Below, one piece after another: positions 44,640 to 57,249 of a DNA stretch of 64,000 nucleotides; within the stretch, counting starts at the first letter, position 1, and every line of letters starts with the position of its first letter. This DNA is from Paraspadella gotoi. Taxonomy: Eukaryota; Animalia; Chaetognatha. The notes under the pieces are model-generated. The model was given only the letters and a program-made list of their open reading frames with translations. It made no database searches and had not been told where the DNA came from. The translations under genes were made by a program, and so were the position numbers. The stretch covers positions 15,661,429 through 15,725,428 of the forward strand of contig CM119266.1 in the NCBI GenBank assembly GCA_051294375.1. Reading direction: 5' to 3'.

Positions 44640-47430
44640 TTCCTTTTCAATCGCCTCACCCATTTCTTTTCTATATCCTTTCACCTCTAATTTTTCCTTT
44701 TCACCCTAAATAACTTCCCCCTCCTTCCTTCAGTTCCAAATTAGCGGGGCGGTCTCTCCATCCCACGCATCCGGTTTCCGAAACTCATTTTGACTTCAGT
44801 TCCAAACGAATTTGTTTTTTCGCCGCCATTTTGTTCCTCGCGCGCGATTCACCTGAGCCCAGATTTTGGCGATAAAACGCGATGTGGAGGGCCTTTCATT
44901 AAAGGGGCTAAATTTTAGAAAGGTAGTATTTGATTAATTTTTTCTTTTTATATTTCGAATAAATAAACAAACAAAGATTTTCAATTAAAGAAATAAGAAA
45001 GCTTTCCTTATCCACGAACGACCTCGGGCGGGAATCCTACGTCTTCATCAATGCCTCTTATTTTCGGGGTTGAGACTGGCAAAGCCTAAGCCGATAGAGA
45101 GAGGAAAACCACAACATAAACATCCCCGTTTTCTTATATTCTTTTGCTTTTTTTCATGTCTGTTTTATTGATTGGCCTCATTCCTGTCTCAGCTTAGCCA
45201 GTCGTGATTCCCGGCAATAAACTCTCCTTTAGTTTTACTTAACTTCATCTACTCTTCCTATTTCTCACCAACCGGTGACATCACGTTCACTACTTCCTTC
45301 TAAAATATCCCTCATCTCCAAAGACGTTATTCGTTAGCCAATCTTTCCTTTAGTCGAGAAAATCAAATTTGGCGCTGACGTCGAAGCGTCGTCATTTCTG
45401 TTTCGCCTGCGTCAACCTCGTTTCCGTCCCGCCCCCCAAACCGTAACCCGACTCCCCCTCTCCCCTCCCTCGGCCCCTTCCCTTTGGCGTGCTTCTTCCC
45501 CCTCTTCTCATCTCGCGACTCAATTTTCTTTCCCTTTGGCTTCATTTTTCCTTCGGATCGGAATTGATCGAATGATTTAAGGTTTTGAGTCGATTTTTTG
45601 ATAGAAAACGAAAATTTCGCTTTTTAACTTTTTTACGTTTTTGAAATTTAAAATGTATATATTTTAAAATGCTAAAATTAACAGCTTTAAATTTTTTTTT
45701 TATCAGGTCTGCGCATCGTTAAAACCTTTATAGAGTCAATCCCTATTTCATTCCCTTGCTAAACGTCTAATCATTAGGAAAATAAACGTCTACCAGGAAA
45801 ATTAATAACGAATTGAGAAAAAAAAATAACGAAAATGAATAAAAATGAATTTCTAAGCAGTGACTTTCGCTTTTACGCTTCCATCCGTTTTCATTCGACG
45901 ACGTCATTTATTTCTCTTTTAGATCCGATCATCCGGGAACATTTATTTTACCCCGAGGTAATTTTATTAATGATTATCCCTCTCGGAATATAATATATAT
46001 CGGTTAACGTTGTTGTCACAAGCGCAGGAAGGATAATGGGTCCGGCTGAGCTTTTTTTTCTTCATTACGCGAGGGGGAAAGTGGACAGTGCACACGGGTC
46101 CGTCGTTGTTATAGTCGTTATCGTTGATATTTGTTGTTATCGCCTTGTCTCACCTGTCGTACGGACAATGACTGTACCCCGTTGTTGTGTCCGCGTTGTC
46201 TGGTATCAACCAGGTCCAGTATCTGAAATGTTTCGGTGCTTTGTAATTGATGCGAAAATACTTGATGCGTTTTTATAACCTTGTGTTTCGCAATCTAATG
46301 TCCGACCAGTACTTCTTTGGAAGATAGTTGCAGCCCGCGTTCAAATCCCCTGTAGATCAATGCTCGATTTAAAAATTAAAAGGTAAGGTCAGACTTGTTT
46401 CCTTTCCACCCGCCCCCCAACTCTCCACACCCGCGATGATGACGTCCGTCCGTCCCCATCGACTCTTCGTCCTGCGGTGGACGTCGACCAAAGCGTCGAT
46501 CTCGGCGACGGCGTTGCCTGGGGAGGCGTGGCACGCGATCACCGCGAAGTCGGAGACGGCTGGAAGATGAAGGAAACGGTGTCGCGAGTCAGAGGAAGAT
46601 GCGACAAAATAATGACAATAACATCTCTGTCGACCATTGATGTCTTAGCAACGTCGGGAATTCTTGTCTTGCTGAAAACACCTAGAGGGCTTCATGTCTA
46701 CTGCGACAAGCTTTGCCAAGAAATCAGGGGAGTTCCGGGATCGAACCCGAGACGCCCGAAGGGGATGCCATCGGTAGATCTTACGAGATCACACAAGATG
46801 GGACGGTCGTGTTTATAGTCCCACCGAAAAGTCGGGAAACAAGATCGGTTCATCCAATGTGTTGCGCCGCAGAGACTTTATTTTCACGTGTATTTCTCGT
46901 GACATGACATGACACGACTACATGACTATAATAACTTTCTTAACCGTCTTATTTTTTATAGATTTAAGGTTTCCTGAACGCGGCGCTAGCAGTCCTTTAG
47001 ATTTGAGGATTTTTCTGTGTTAACAAACTAATTATCAGCAAATTATTATATATTATACCGACCAACCGAAAGACCGACCGAAAAGTGACTTATAGAGTTG
47101 TTCCGCGAGTACTCGAGACGCAACTAAAAATAATGAATTTTCACACAAAACAGAAAACAAAAGCAAAACTTTTTTTTTTGTGAAACCTGTCGTCGGCGAA
47201 GCGAATCGAACCACGAAAGGTTCGCGTTCGAAGGCGTCGACGCAAGCCGGCTTCTTTGAGGCGGTGGCGTCACCGGCGTCACTTTTGTTGCCGGCGCCGT
47301 TTTTATCGCTGCTGCTGTATTCTTCTTTTCTCTCCTTTTTTTTCTTCTTTTCCTTCTTCGTGACGCAATTTTCTATTTCGGGTCCGTCGTCGAAGACGAA
47401 CGAAGATTTCACCGAAAGCAGACGCTTTCT

Positions 47431-47488
<58 letters not shown>

Positions 47489-48029
47489 GAATACATACAG
47501 AGATAGAAATAGGAACTTAAATTAAAGAAGGATTTGTGAGCTGATTATAGTATTAATTATTATTTTATTTAAGGCTAGTGGGATTCTCTAAATTAAGCCG
47601 GTTTTAAGAAAAAAGCGATGGCACCTGTAAAAGAAAGCGTACTGCTCCTTGGAGGCGGAGCGCCCGAGGCGAGGGCTAATGATCGCGTCAAATTGATCGT
47701 TCGTTCCAAGCTGAGAATTTCCAATAAAGACTCAGTGTTTCGGAGGACGAAGGGAAAAAAAGACGAAAAAGGAGTAAAATAAAAAGAGAAAAGGGAGAAA
47801 GAGAAGGAAAAGGGGACGCCAGGGAGTGGGGAGTGGGAAGTGGAGAGTGGGGACGGGGCGAAAGCCGAAATCAGCGAGGGGCGGGACAGACGTTAGGGTA
47901 AGGGGTGGGTGAAGAGCGGGAGGATAAGAAGAGAGATGGATGGAGTGAGGGGCGCTAGAGGATGGGCGTTCTTAGACGGGGAGGATGGCGAAAGTGGTTT
48001 GTGGCGCAGTTTCCTAGGCAGGAACGAGG

Positions 48030-48075
<46 letters not shown>

Positions 48076-48627
48076 CATGAAGTGGAGGAAAAAAAAGGGA
48101 AAAAAAAAAGAAGAAATGTTTTATTCTGTAATCGAGATTCGAGACTTAACTCTTTGGTTGATTCGCTCCAACAAAATCTTGGTCCATTTTTCTTCCGAAT
48201 CCCTGATTTCCTGAATCAGGATCAAATCGTATCGCAGCAAAATCTGTGGAAAATCGGAGAAAGAACTTTTATTGCTCCCTCGTTCTGACTCTCTCTCACC
48301 AGTTCTTCGTCTCCCCTTCTCAGAACGGCGGTTATTAGTATTATTATATTTATCTTTCAGAAAATTAACTGCCAGAAAAGCCAAAAATTTGATTTGCTAA
48401 CAGCTGAGGATGACTAAATAACCGACCTTTTTGAAAAATACTATGTATATCTCGCGCAATTTTCTAAATTAAAGATATACTATTTTCAGAAGAGCGATTT
48501 AGTTGCTTTAAAAAATCAATCAGATTCGATCGCGAAATTCGCAGAGATCTTTTATCGCGGTCGAATTTGTTTGTTCTTCGATAACCCGGAATAACAATCC
48601 CGGTACTTTTCTCTTTCTCTCTCTCTC

Positions 48628-48658
<31 letters not shown>

Positions 48659-50045
48659 TGAAAAATAATGAGACCTTCGAGCGGATTTACTGGTGATTTT
48701 TGTTCCAACTGTGAAGGGCGACCCCGGACAACAAACGCACCGTTAAAAAGCATTATCGACCGATTTAGTCAAAACACCTACCTTTCCTACATACTTTTTT
48801 AACCTGTTAAATTATCAAGTAAGCTTTTTTTGGGGACTATATCTAACTATATCAAATTATATATAGTTTGATCATGACTTGGTATTTGTTATGCATTTTA
48901 ATCTTGATCCTCTCATTGCAGAGAATGATCATAATCAAAAACAAAAAAAAGTGTAAAACTCTTAAGTCTTAACCCACAACTGATGCAAGCTTTTTTTTTT
49001 CATAAATGCTCCATTGGCTATTCATGCAAAACGAATACCGATTTTGCTTTGAACAGAACTGCGGATTCACTTCACTAATTGAGAAAAAATCCCTTTATTC
49101 GACTCCGACGAAATTATCTTGGGAGATTGCGTGAAAGACTCGTAAATTGTGTTTAAAATGGCAAAAAATTTCGTTCTCTACTAATATGTGATGTGATTAT
49201 ATGTGAAAATGTGAGATGTGATGTGATGTGTAATCTATAGTCGGTTTAGAAGCTTTACCGTAATGTAGAACCAGTTATAACTTGATTTATTTAAAACCCC
49301 AACGAACAAAAAACACAATTTTTCTTTTTAAATAATGAACCAATTTAAAACACAAACGAAGCTTTTAAACGAACAAATAAATCTCTGCTATAAAACGAAG
49401 CTCGAAATTCGAGTCAGAGATTCCACGTCGCCTCCATACACCGACGTGGCGTTGCGGCGGACTCGGACGTGACAGGCCGTGACAAATCGACAATAGCGCA
49501 CTTTATTTGACTTTCCCTTTTACGAATGTTTGCTCGAGTCACTCTCTCGGTCTTCGCAGGGGGGCGCTTCGTTCCGAACTCGATATCGGGCATTCAGTAA
49601 AATAAAAAAAAAAAGCTCTTTTGAATTGAACGATCAAATAAATGCGGAGTTGAATAAAATATAATCAAGCCTTTTTTTTTTCTATTTTAAAGTCGGTTCC
49701 CGAAACCGCAGACGCTGCCGGATAAAGCGGCAGCGGCGAAGGCCATCGCGGCTGCAGAGGCCGCAGCCGCGGCTCTGTTCCGCCGACCGCAGATTGTCGT
49801 GAGGCTGGAAGCGGACCACGAGAACGATAAGCACAACCGAGGAAAACTTAATGGAAACCGAAAGACAAAATGGGATTTTGCTGTCGACGGCGTCGCTTAG
49901 GTTCGCCCAGTTTGGAGTAAATGAGACTTTTATTGGTTTGAAAGTGTAAAAAGTTAAAGCCAATATTTGTCAATTCTGAATGTCTTAGGAGATCTAAGAT
50001 TTGGTTAATGAGTAGCACATTTCTTAATGGCTTTTTTCGTGATGT

Positions 50046-50132
<87 letters not shown>

Positions 50133-50529
50133 ATAGACAGACGAACCGACTGAGAGACAAAGTAGAACTTACTTTGATCAAAATTTCGGCGACGTCTGGT
50201 TGTTTCATTTTCTTTTTGCCAAAAATTTGAATATTGAAAGCGGCGAATTTTAAAGGACGATTTGATTTGAAGTTTTGCTCGAAGTCAGAATAGGTTGACG
50301 CGTTGAACGAATCGAAATCACTGAATGTCAGGAATGTGGTTCTTAGTGGTACATGCTTATTTAAATCTTAAAATAATTTGTCTTTCGTGTCTTTTTTTAA
50401 TTAACTTGTTACTGGTTGCTATGAATCCTTCATCCTTTATCTTCACCTTTCTGCAGCACAGTTTGTCGCACCAAGAAAGACCATCACCGCCAAAACGATG
50501 ATGGAATCTCGGTTCCACCCAAAACTCAT
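42406..50529 (-). CDS. DNASE1: Deoxyribonuclease I family protein, secreted, 10 exons
   Basis: Phase-consistent exons 50529-50447 (signal MSFGWNRDSIIVLAVMVFLGATNCAA), 50320-50173 (LKFAAFNIQIFGKKKM), 48243-48151 (RYDLILIQEIRD), 47710-47625 (SPRLGRSASKEQYAFFYR), 47428-47187 (DDG...FEREPFVVRF), 46559-46431 (CHASPGNAVAEIDAL), 46349-46280 (GDLNAGCNY), 46222-46154 (WLIPDNADTT..HCPYDR), 43093-42991, 42471-42406 (SDHYPIEL, TGA). Both catalytic His are present. Confidence 0.93.
42517..42750. repeat. (TAG)n-derived low-complexity tract with a ~50-bp internal duplication; (CCT)n run at 42924-42988
   Basis: tagtagtagtagaaatagtagttgtagtgttacatagtagtggattatagtt occurs twice. Confidence 0.85.
43941..44082. 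repeat. ~145-bp interspersed repeat, copy 3
   Basis: Nearly identical to 2265-2407. Confidence 0.85.
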
Positions 50530-51825
50530 CTTTGGCTTCCAACTCAATTTTTCAAATTAAATCGCCATAATCGTCGAAAAAAAATAGCAATTTTTTTTTT
50601 TGAAATGACGCGAGCTCAACGATCGCGAAAAAAAAGAAGAAGATGTGAGTCGAATCGTTAAAAGAGGATTTTTTTTCTGCCACATCGATCGTCACTTTTT
50701 GCCAGGACGTATTTTAGGTTTTCTCGTCAAAAAAAAATGTCTTTATCACATTAAATTATTTCTTTTTTGTATCGAACGTATATCTGCTTTTTTTTATGTA
50801 AATATTTAACTTAATCATAACTGTTTTTGATAAAATTTAGTAATTACATAAACAAATCCTTTATTTTTATTACAGCAAATCATGGAATAGGACCAGGTGG
50901 CAAGAGACGAGAGAGAGAATGACTGAGAGAGAGAGATAGAGAATGAGAGAAAGAGAGAGAGATTGTGTTGGAACATTTAGTTAGCAACATTAATCACATT
51001 AAAAACGGTAAAAGCCCTTAAAGAACATTCCAAAGGGCTCCTTTTTTAAATTGCTATTTTTAATTAATTAATTCTGTTTGCAGTAAGATTAACGAAGTTA
51101 CGTTAAGCCTTAATAGTAAATAACAAAAAAATAAAGATTGTATTCATTTTTCAAGATAATGTACAATTCAAGCATCGGCCATTTGTTTGCGTGCGCATGA
51201 CAGCCACTGAACATCGATAAATCATTGTTGGGCGGCCTTTTTCTCTCCTTGCAACTAGAAACATTTCGGTAATACTCAATAGCGTTCATGAAAAACTCAA
51301 CGTTTCTTATTTTAATTGTAATGTATTTCGTTTTTGGAATAGCGATACTACGATTTATAAAATCGAGAACGATAGAAAAAAATAAACTATTTTCGGTTTA
51401 CTAGTGAAAGTCGCCCATTTTGTGCGTTTCATTCGATAAAATTATCATTTGCTTAGATAAGTTATAGAGAGTATGATTACCGGTTTAACATGAGTATATG
51501 AACAGAATATTTCACTAATTACTTATTGAATAGATTAAATGCGCTATACAGATTGTAAACTGACGTAAAGTCCCGTTTTCCAACGGGGGATTTTTAAAAT
51601 TATTATATTTATTGCTCGAAAGTACATAACTCATCAAAAAAAAAAAAAAAAAACAATTTCTCCATCAATCTGGCACCCCACACCCGCAATTGGTACCGTA
51701 TCTTTCCGGAAAACGATGCCGAAAAATCGCGGAATAAAAAAATCCTTTTCAAAAATAATTCATAATAAAAAAAAAAGAACAAAAAGAAATAAAAATAAAA
51801 GCCGATTATTCCAAAACAATTAGTT

Positions 51826-54800
51826 TCAATCGTGTCTGTCATGATGCAAATATGGGATGACGAAGAGCATAATCATGGAAGAGATGATGGTCATGAAGAG
51901 ATAGACCCACAGCAGGAGTTTGTCGATCACGTCGGCGACCAACTGCCACTCGGCAAGAACCATCTTCTGCACTTTCTCCGACATGAGAACGGCGCCGGCG
52001 ACCACGACGGCCGAAGGATCCGGCGTCGGGAGTTCGTGTAGGAGGGGCACTTGATCCCTGGGGCCATTCAAAATTCTTTTTATATAAGGTTTTTTTTATT
52101 CACGGATTGTGAAGAGTAATTCATTGTCTTGGGTTGCATATAATAACGTTCTCTTGATGATATATGTTGTGCTTAATAGAAATAAAAAGTCGAAGTACAG
52201 TAGTAACCGATTCCGTATCTCTCCTTAATTGTTAAATCGATCGATAAAGATGCAACTAATAAACACATTTTTTTTCCCTCTCATTAATAATCTATAATAA
52301 TAATAATTAATTCTGCCTCACCTGGACCGCAAAAGGTTGCCGCCGACGCCACCTCCGCCGCCACCGAGTCCGCCTTGACTCGATCTCCGCGGACGCCAAA
52401 CGTCTTCGCATCGATCGTCGAGGTCCTCCACGCGTCGTGTCCGCCTGACGCCACCGTTGAGCGCCAGGCGACGCCCGGTGCCGGCGGAGGAAGCCAAGGG
52501 GGCGTGGCTCGATCGCGGCGTCGACGTGGGCGAGTCGACGTCCGGAGTGTCTTCCGTCACGCTGACCTCGATGCTAGGAGGATTGGCTGGAGTTGTGGAA
52601 TTGAGTGGAGTGGAGTGTTGATTGGGAAGATGAATCGAGAATGTGCGCGAGAACTTTTTTACGAGAACCTTTTCACTCACCCCTTCCCTGCTGCGTTCCG
52701 TTTTCTCCGCGTGGATTTTCCATCGGCGTCAGAGGAAGAACCAGAGCGTCTCGCGGCAGCTTCGGAGAATCTGCTTTAATAGTTTTAGTTACGTAAGATT
52801 TGTCATTTGGCGATCGGCCGCAGCTTCGTTTACCATCGTCGAACACCAAACGTCTCGTCGGGTAAGGGCTCTCTCCCCCGACCGGCGTCCCCATAGACGG
52901 CGCGTTGGTGAAGGAGGTAGTGGCGCTCCCCACCTCGTCGAGGGATGTGTATTGGGTTTCCATGCAGACCAACTGAGAAAAGGAGAGGTTTGTTTTGGGT
53001 AAATTTAAAAAAGAGTGGAGAAAGAGGAAGTTAGAAAAAGAGAAATAGGTAAGTTTGACGTAATAATTACGAGTCGGATTATCAAGTCAATCGTAGATTG
53101 TGAAACTAAGTAGCGGCATTAGTAGCGCGGCGGACACACAGAGGCTCGAATTATAAGCACTACCCTGCAAAATTCCCTAACTCCTCATTCGCCTTATGAT
53201 ATTGACGACAAGAAAAGAGTAAAATCGGAAGTAAAGGAGAGAATGACGAGGGAAGGATTTGTGACAATGACAGTAATTATACGGAAAAGACGACCAACCC
53301 TTCGAACGTAGTCGAGCGTGATTCTGCGCAGCCACTTTGGCGCACGTTGGTTCTTGTATCCTCGGTGGTTGAGGTTGATGAGAAAGACGGCGAGGACGAC
53401 GGAAAGCGACGTCATCGCCATCACCGTCGTCAGGTACATGCCTGTCCAGAAAATAAATGAGGGAAGAAAGACGCGAGTGGTTTAATAATATTAATAATAA
53501 TAATAATAATATTGGTAAGTAAAGAAGTCTTGCGCATTCGAAATAACCTCGACTGTCTTAGAAAGTGGAAAGACAACAGCAGACATGTTTGGGGAAAAGG
53601 GGGGGGACTATGGGGAATAACGGGGATTCGAAAAAAAAATAGTCGGACGAGAAAAAAAAAACGAGGACAAAGGTGAATAAAGACGTGAGATCAGAGACGA
53701 AGTTGCGAAGACGGATTTCGGATGAGGTCATTCGTGGAAGCTTAACTCAAAGCTCAACATTTCTCTCTCTATCCGCGACATCCACGTCTTCTTTTTTTTC
53801 TATTTAATTATTGTCTTGTCGTTTGCGTATGTCATTTTGTAATTAATATGCATTGTACAATTAGCCACAGCCGATGAAATTTAAATGCTAATGTATACAG
53901 CGTTAAAATAATCTATCATGATCATAGATTATGGTACTCAAATATCTTTTGTCAAAAATGATTTTTTCTGAGGGTACTAGCCTAATTAAAAATACTATAT
54001 TACTATAGTCTATATAGAGCAAAATAATTTTTTTGGAAATCTTAAAATTTTTTGATGGATTCTGATAGAGCATACAAAGTTAAACAAAAAATATAATTAC
54101 AGTTTTTCAAAATTCTTACGTTTTCTAAGTGAAAATATAAAAAAACTGATAAAATCATCGAAAGATAATGATGATGATTATTATTTTTTACGGTTTTTAT
54201 TATTTTTGACACACTTATCATAAAAATATTTAAAAAAGAATTATACTTTGGCCTTTCCTATCTATAAATAAATATTAAAAAATTAATTACTAGGGTATAG
54301 AGTAGAGTTCCGATAACCGTTAATATTTTAGGAAATTCGATTAACCGTTAAAACTAACATTTTTAACGGTTAACCGTTAAGATCGGTTAATTTTATAATT
54401 TTATTAAGATTTGAAACAAACTAAAGTATTTAATGATATTTTCTCTTTGTGTATAGACTTTCGATTTCGTTGTTTATGGGCATTAGGAGAAAAACAATTT
54501 TTATTTGTTTTGACAACGAATTTTAGTGACAATTTGACAGACATGTTTCGACTCTGTATGAAGGCTCTAAAAATACAGAGTCGAAACATGTCTGTCAAAT
54601 TGTCACTAAAATTCGTTGTCAAAACAAATAAAAATTGTTTTTCTCCTAATGATATTTTCTCTTTAACTCTGGCTCCTGAATGCGCTGATAAAGACTTGAA
54701 ACAGAGTCGAAACATGTCTGTTTTTTATGTCAAATAAAATTGTAGTTGTTACAAAACAAATATTTTTGCTAATCTCATAACACAACTTAACGAAAGGATA

Positions 54801-57179
54801 CCATCAAATTCTCATTCTATATTTTGTTTTCTCTTTCTCTCTTTTGCTTTCTCTTTTTCTTTCTCTACTTCTTCCTCATTATTTTTGTAGTTGTTAGGTT
54901 CTTAAACGCTTGTTTTCTGTTGTTAGTCTTTCATAAACTATGACCAATGGTCATTGACCATAAATATAAATAAAAATTTTTATTTATTGATAGACTGGTT
55001 GATTTATCGATTGATCAAAAGATTTATTGATTAATAAATATATTTTTCAGTTTAATTAAAAAGTATATAATCATTATTGAAGGATAGTTTTAGTTAATTT
55101 TTAAATTTTTTAAAATAATTTTTTTTATTTGTTTTTTATTAATTTTTTTCATTCATTTGGTTTTATTTCATTTGCTTCTTTGATCGTTTTAAAGAAGGAA
55201 AGAAAAAGAGAGAAAAAGTAAAATAAGAGGGATTATTTCATTTTAGCTATATACGCATTTTAGCTATATTGCATGGAAGGGCAAAAAAAAGGAAAAAGGT
55301 AAAAGTAAAGGCCCTAAAGGGCGAAAAAAGGAGAAAAAAGATAGGGGGAAAGAAAAAGGGGAAAAGTGAGAGAGAAAAAGAAAGGAACAATCGGAGATAA
55401 ATAAAGAGGAAGAAAGAATAAGAGAGAGATTAGGATAGAAAAAAAAAATAAAGGAAAAAAGCAGGAAAAAAGTGGAGAAGAGAGAGATGGGTAAAAATAT
55501 GGTAAGAAGGGGAGAGGAGAATAAGAGAGAACAGGAAATTTTTTTTTTTTTTAATTTAAAGATTTCATGCCAAAAAATGAAAAAAATCACATTTGAAAAT
55601 TAACCGAATTTAACCGTTAAAATAAATATATTAACGGTTAAGTTAAAATTATTTTTAACCGTTAATAACCGTTAACAGTTAACGGTTATCGGAACACTAG
55701 AATAGAGCCATATCACAAATTTTTGTCCATTGAAAGTATTCTTAAAAATGTCTAAATATTCGTTTGAGCATATACTCACTCTAAATTTTTGACTCACCCC
55801 ATTGAGGTGGGCTACCCCAAGTACAATACATTATAAAATTACATGAGAAATCTCACTTATTAAGGGAATAGATTCCGACGTTGAGGGAACTTCGCCGGCG
55901 ATTAGAAGCATAAAGACGGAATAAGCGAGGAAAACCGAGACGCCTAGCGTCACCTGGTGGGAATTAAAAAATTTAAAAAAAAACGTACTAAAAAAAGTTT
56001 ACAGATAAAGTGAAAAATAAATATCAAGGAAAGGGCGAAAATAGTGACAAGAAAAAAAAAAGAAAAAAAAATAGAAGCCCAGGAAGAAAAAAACGCTATT
56101 TCAGTTTTTTTTCTTTAATACAATTTTTTTAAAGCAACCTTTAATCGGACCGTAAACTTTACTAAAACTTCGCCCTAAACGCCACTTCGAAAAAAGAGTG
56201 ATTTGGCCAACGACAAACGAAAGAATATTAATCAAATGCTTGACATTTTTAGCGAGCAAATCGTTACGAGATCGATATAAATCAAATCGTTATGACGTTG
56301 TTATTGTCAGCTCAATTCGCTTCGCTACGGACGGTCTTACTCTTCTCTCTTCCTTCGTATCTCTCTCTTCTCTCCTCTCATCTCTCTCTCTCTCTCTCAT
56401 TCTCTCCTCTCCTCTCTACTCTCTCTTTCTTTTATCTTCTGTCTGTGTCTCTCTTGGAAATAGCGGAAAACGACATTACCATCTTGACGAGAGACGCGGA
56501 AACGATCAATCGCAAGACCAGAAAACAGTTCAAATCTCCTATTCTACTCTTTCTACCCTTTTTCCGCTGTTCCCAAACTACTTAACAAGTTGAAATAGTT
56601 GAATAACTTAATTAGATATGAAGCGAGCGTTTTGGCGCTATTTACCTTTTCTCCCATTTGCGAAGGAAGAGCGAAAGTGAGTAAAGTCAGGATGGAGAGA
56701 AGAACGCAAGGAACGACTACGTTATACCTTTTATGGATTCGTTCCCGGATGTTCCGAGGATAAATGAGCGTGAAATAAATTCATAAACAAAGAGAATTTG
56801 TCTCGATTTATTTGGTCGCTGTCTCAAAATGTGGAAAAAGTTCGCTTAATGTACGTAAGAAAGCGTTCATACTAGGCGAGAAAAGGGGCATGCCGCATGC
56901 GTATTGTGCTTAATTTTAAAATGTTCTCATTAGTTATTATTTCTATTCGGTAGAACTAACTAATTTTACAAAAAATATTTTAAAAATTTAGACTTTTTTT
57001 GCCTTCATTTGAGTTTCTTATTACACGCATTTAAAAATAGAATTTCGTTCCGATTTTGTCTTTTTGACATATCTTGACTTTTTACATATAAAGCGTTTAA
57101 AGTCATTCCCAGTTAATATTTATTAAAAAAATTATACTCTCTCTTTCTCTCTCTTTCTTTCTCTCTCCTCTCTCTCTCT

Positions 57180-57249
<70 letters not shown>

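Noticed and set aside
54404-54737. Mirror-image ORFs on both strands
   Set aside because: A consequence of the 79-bp palindrome, not protein coding.
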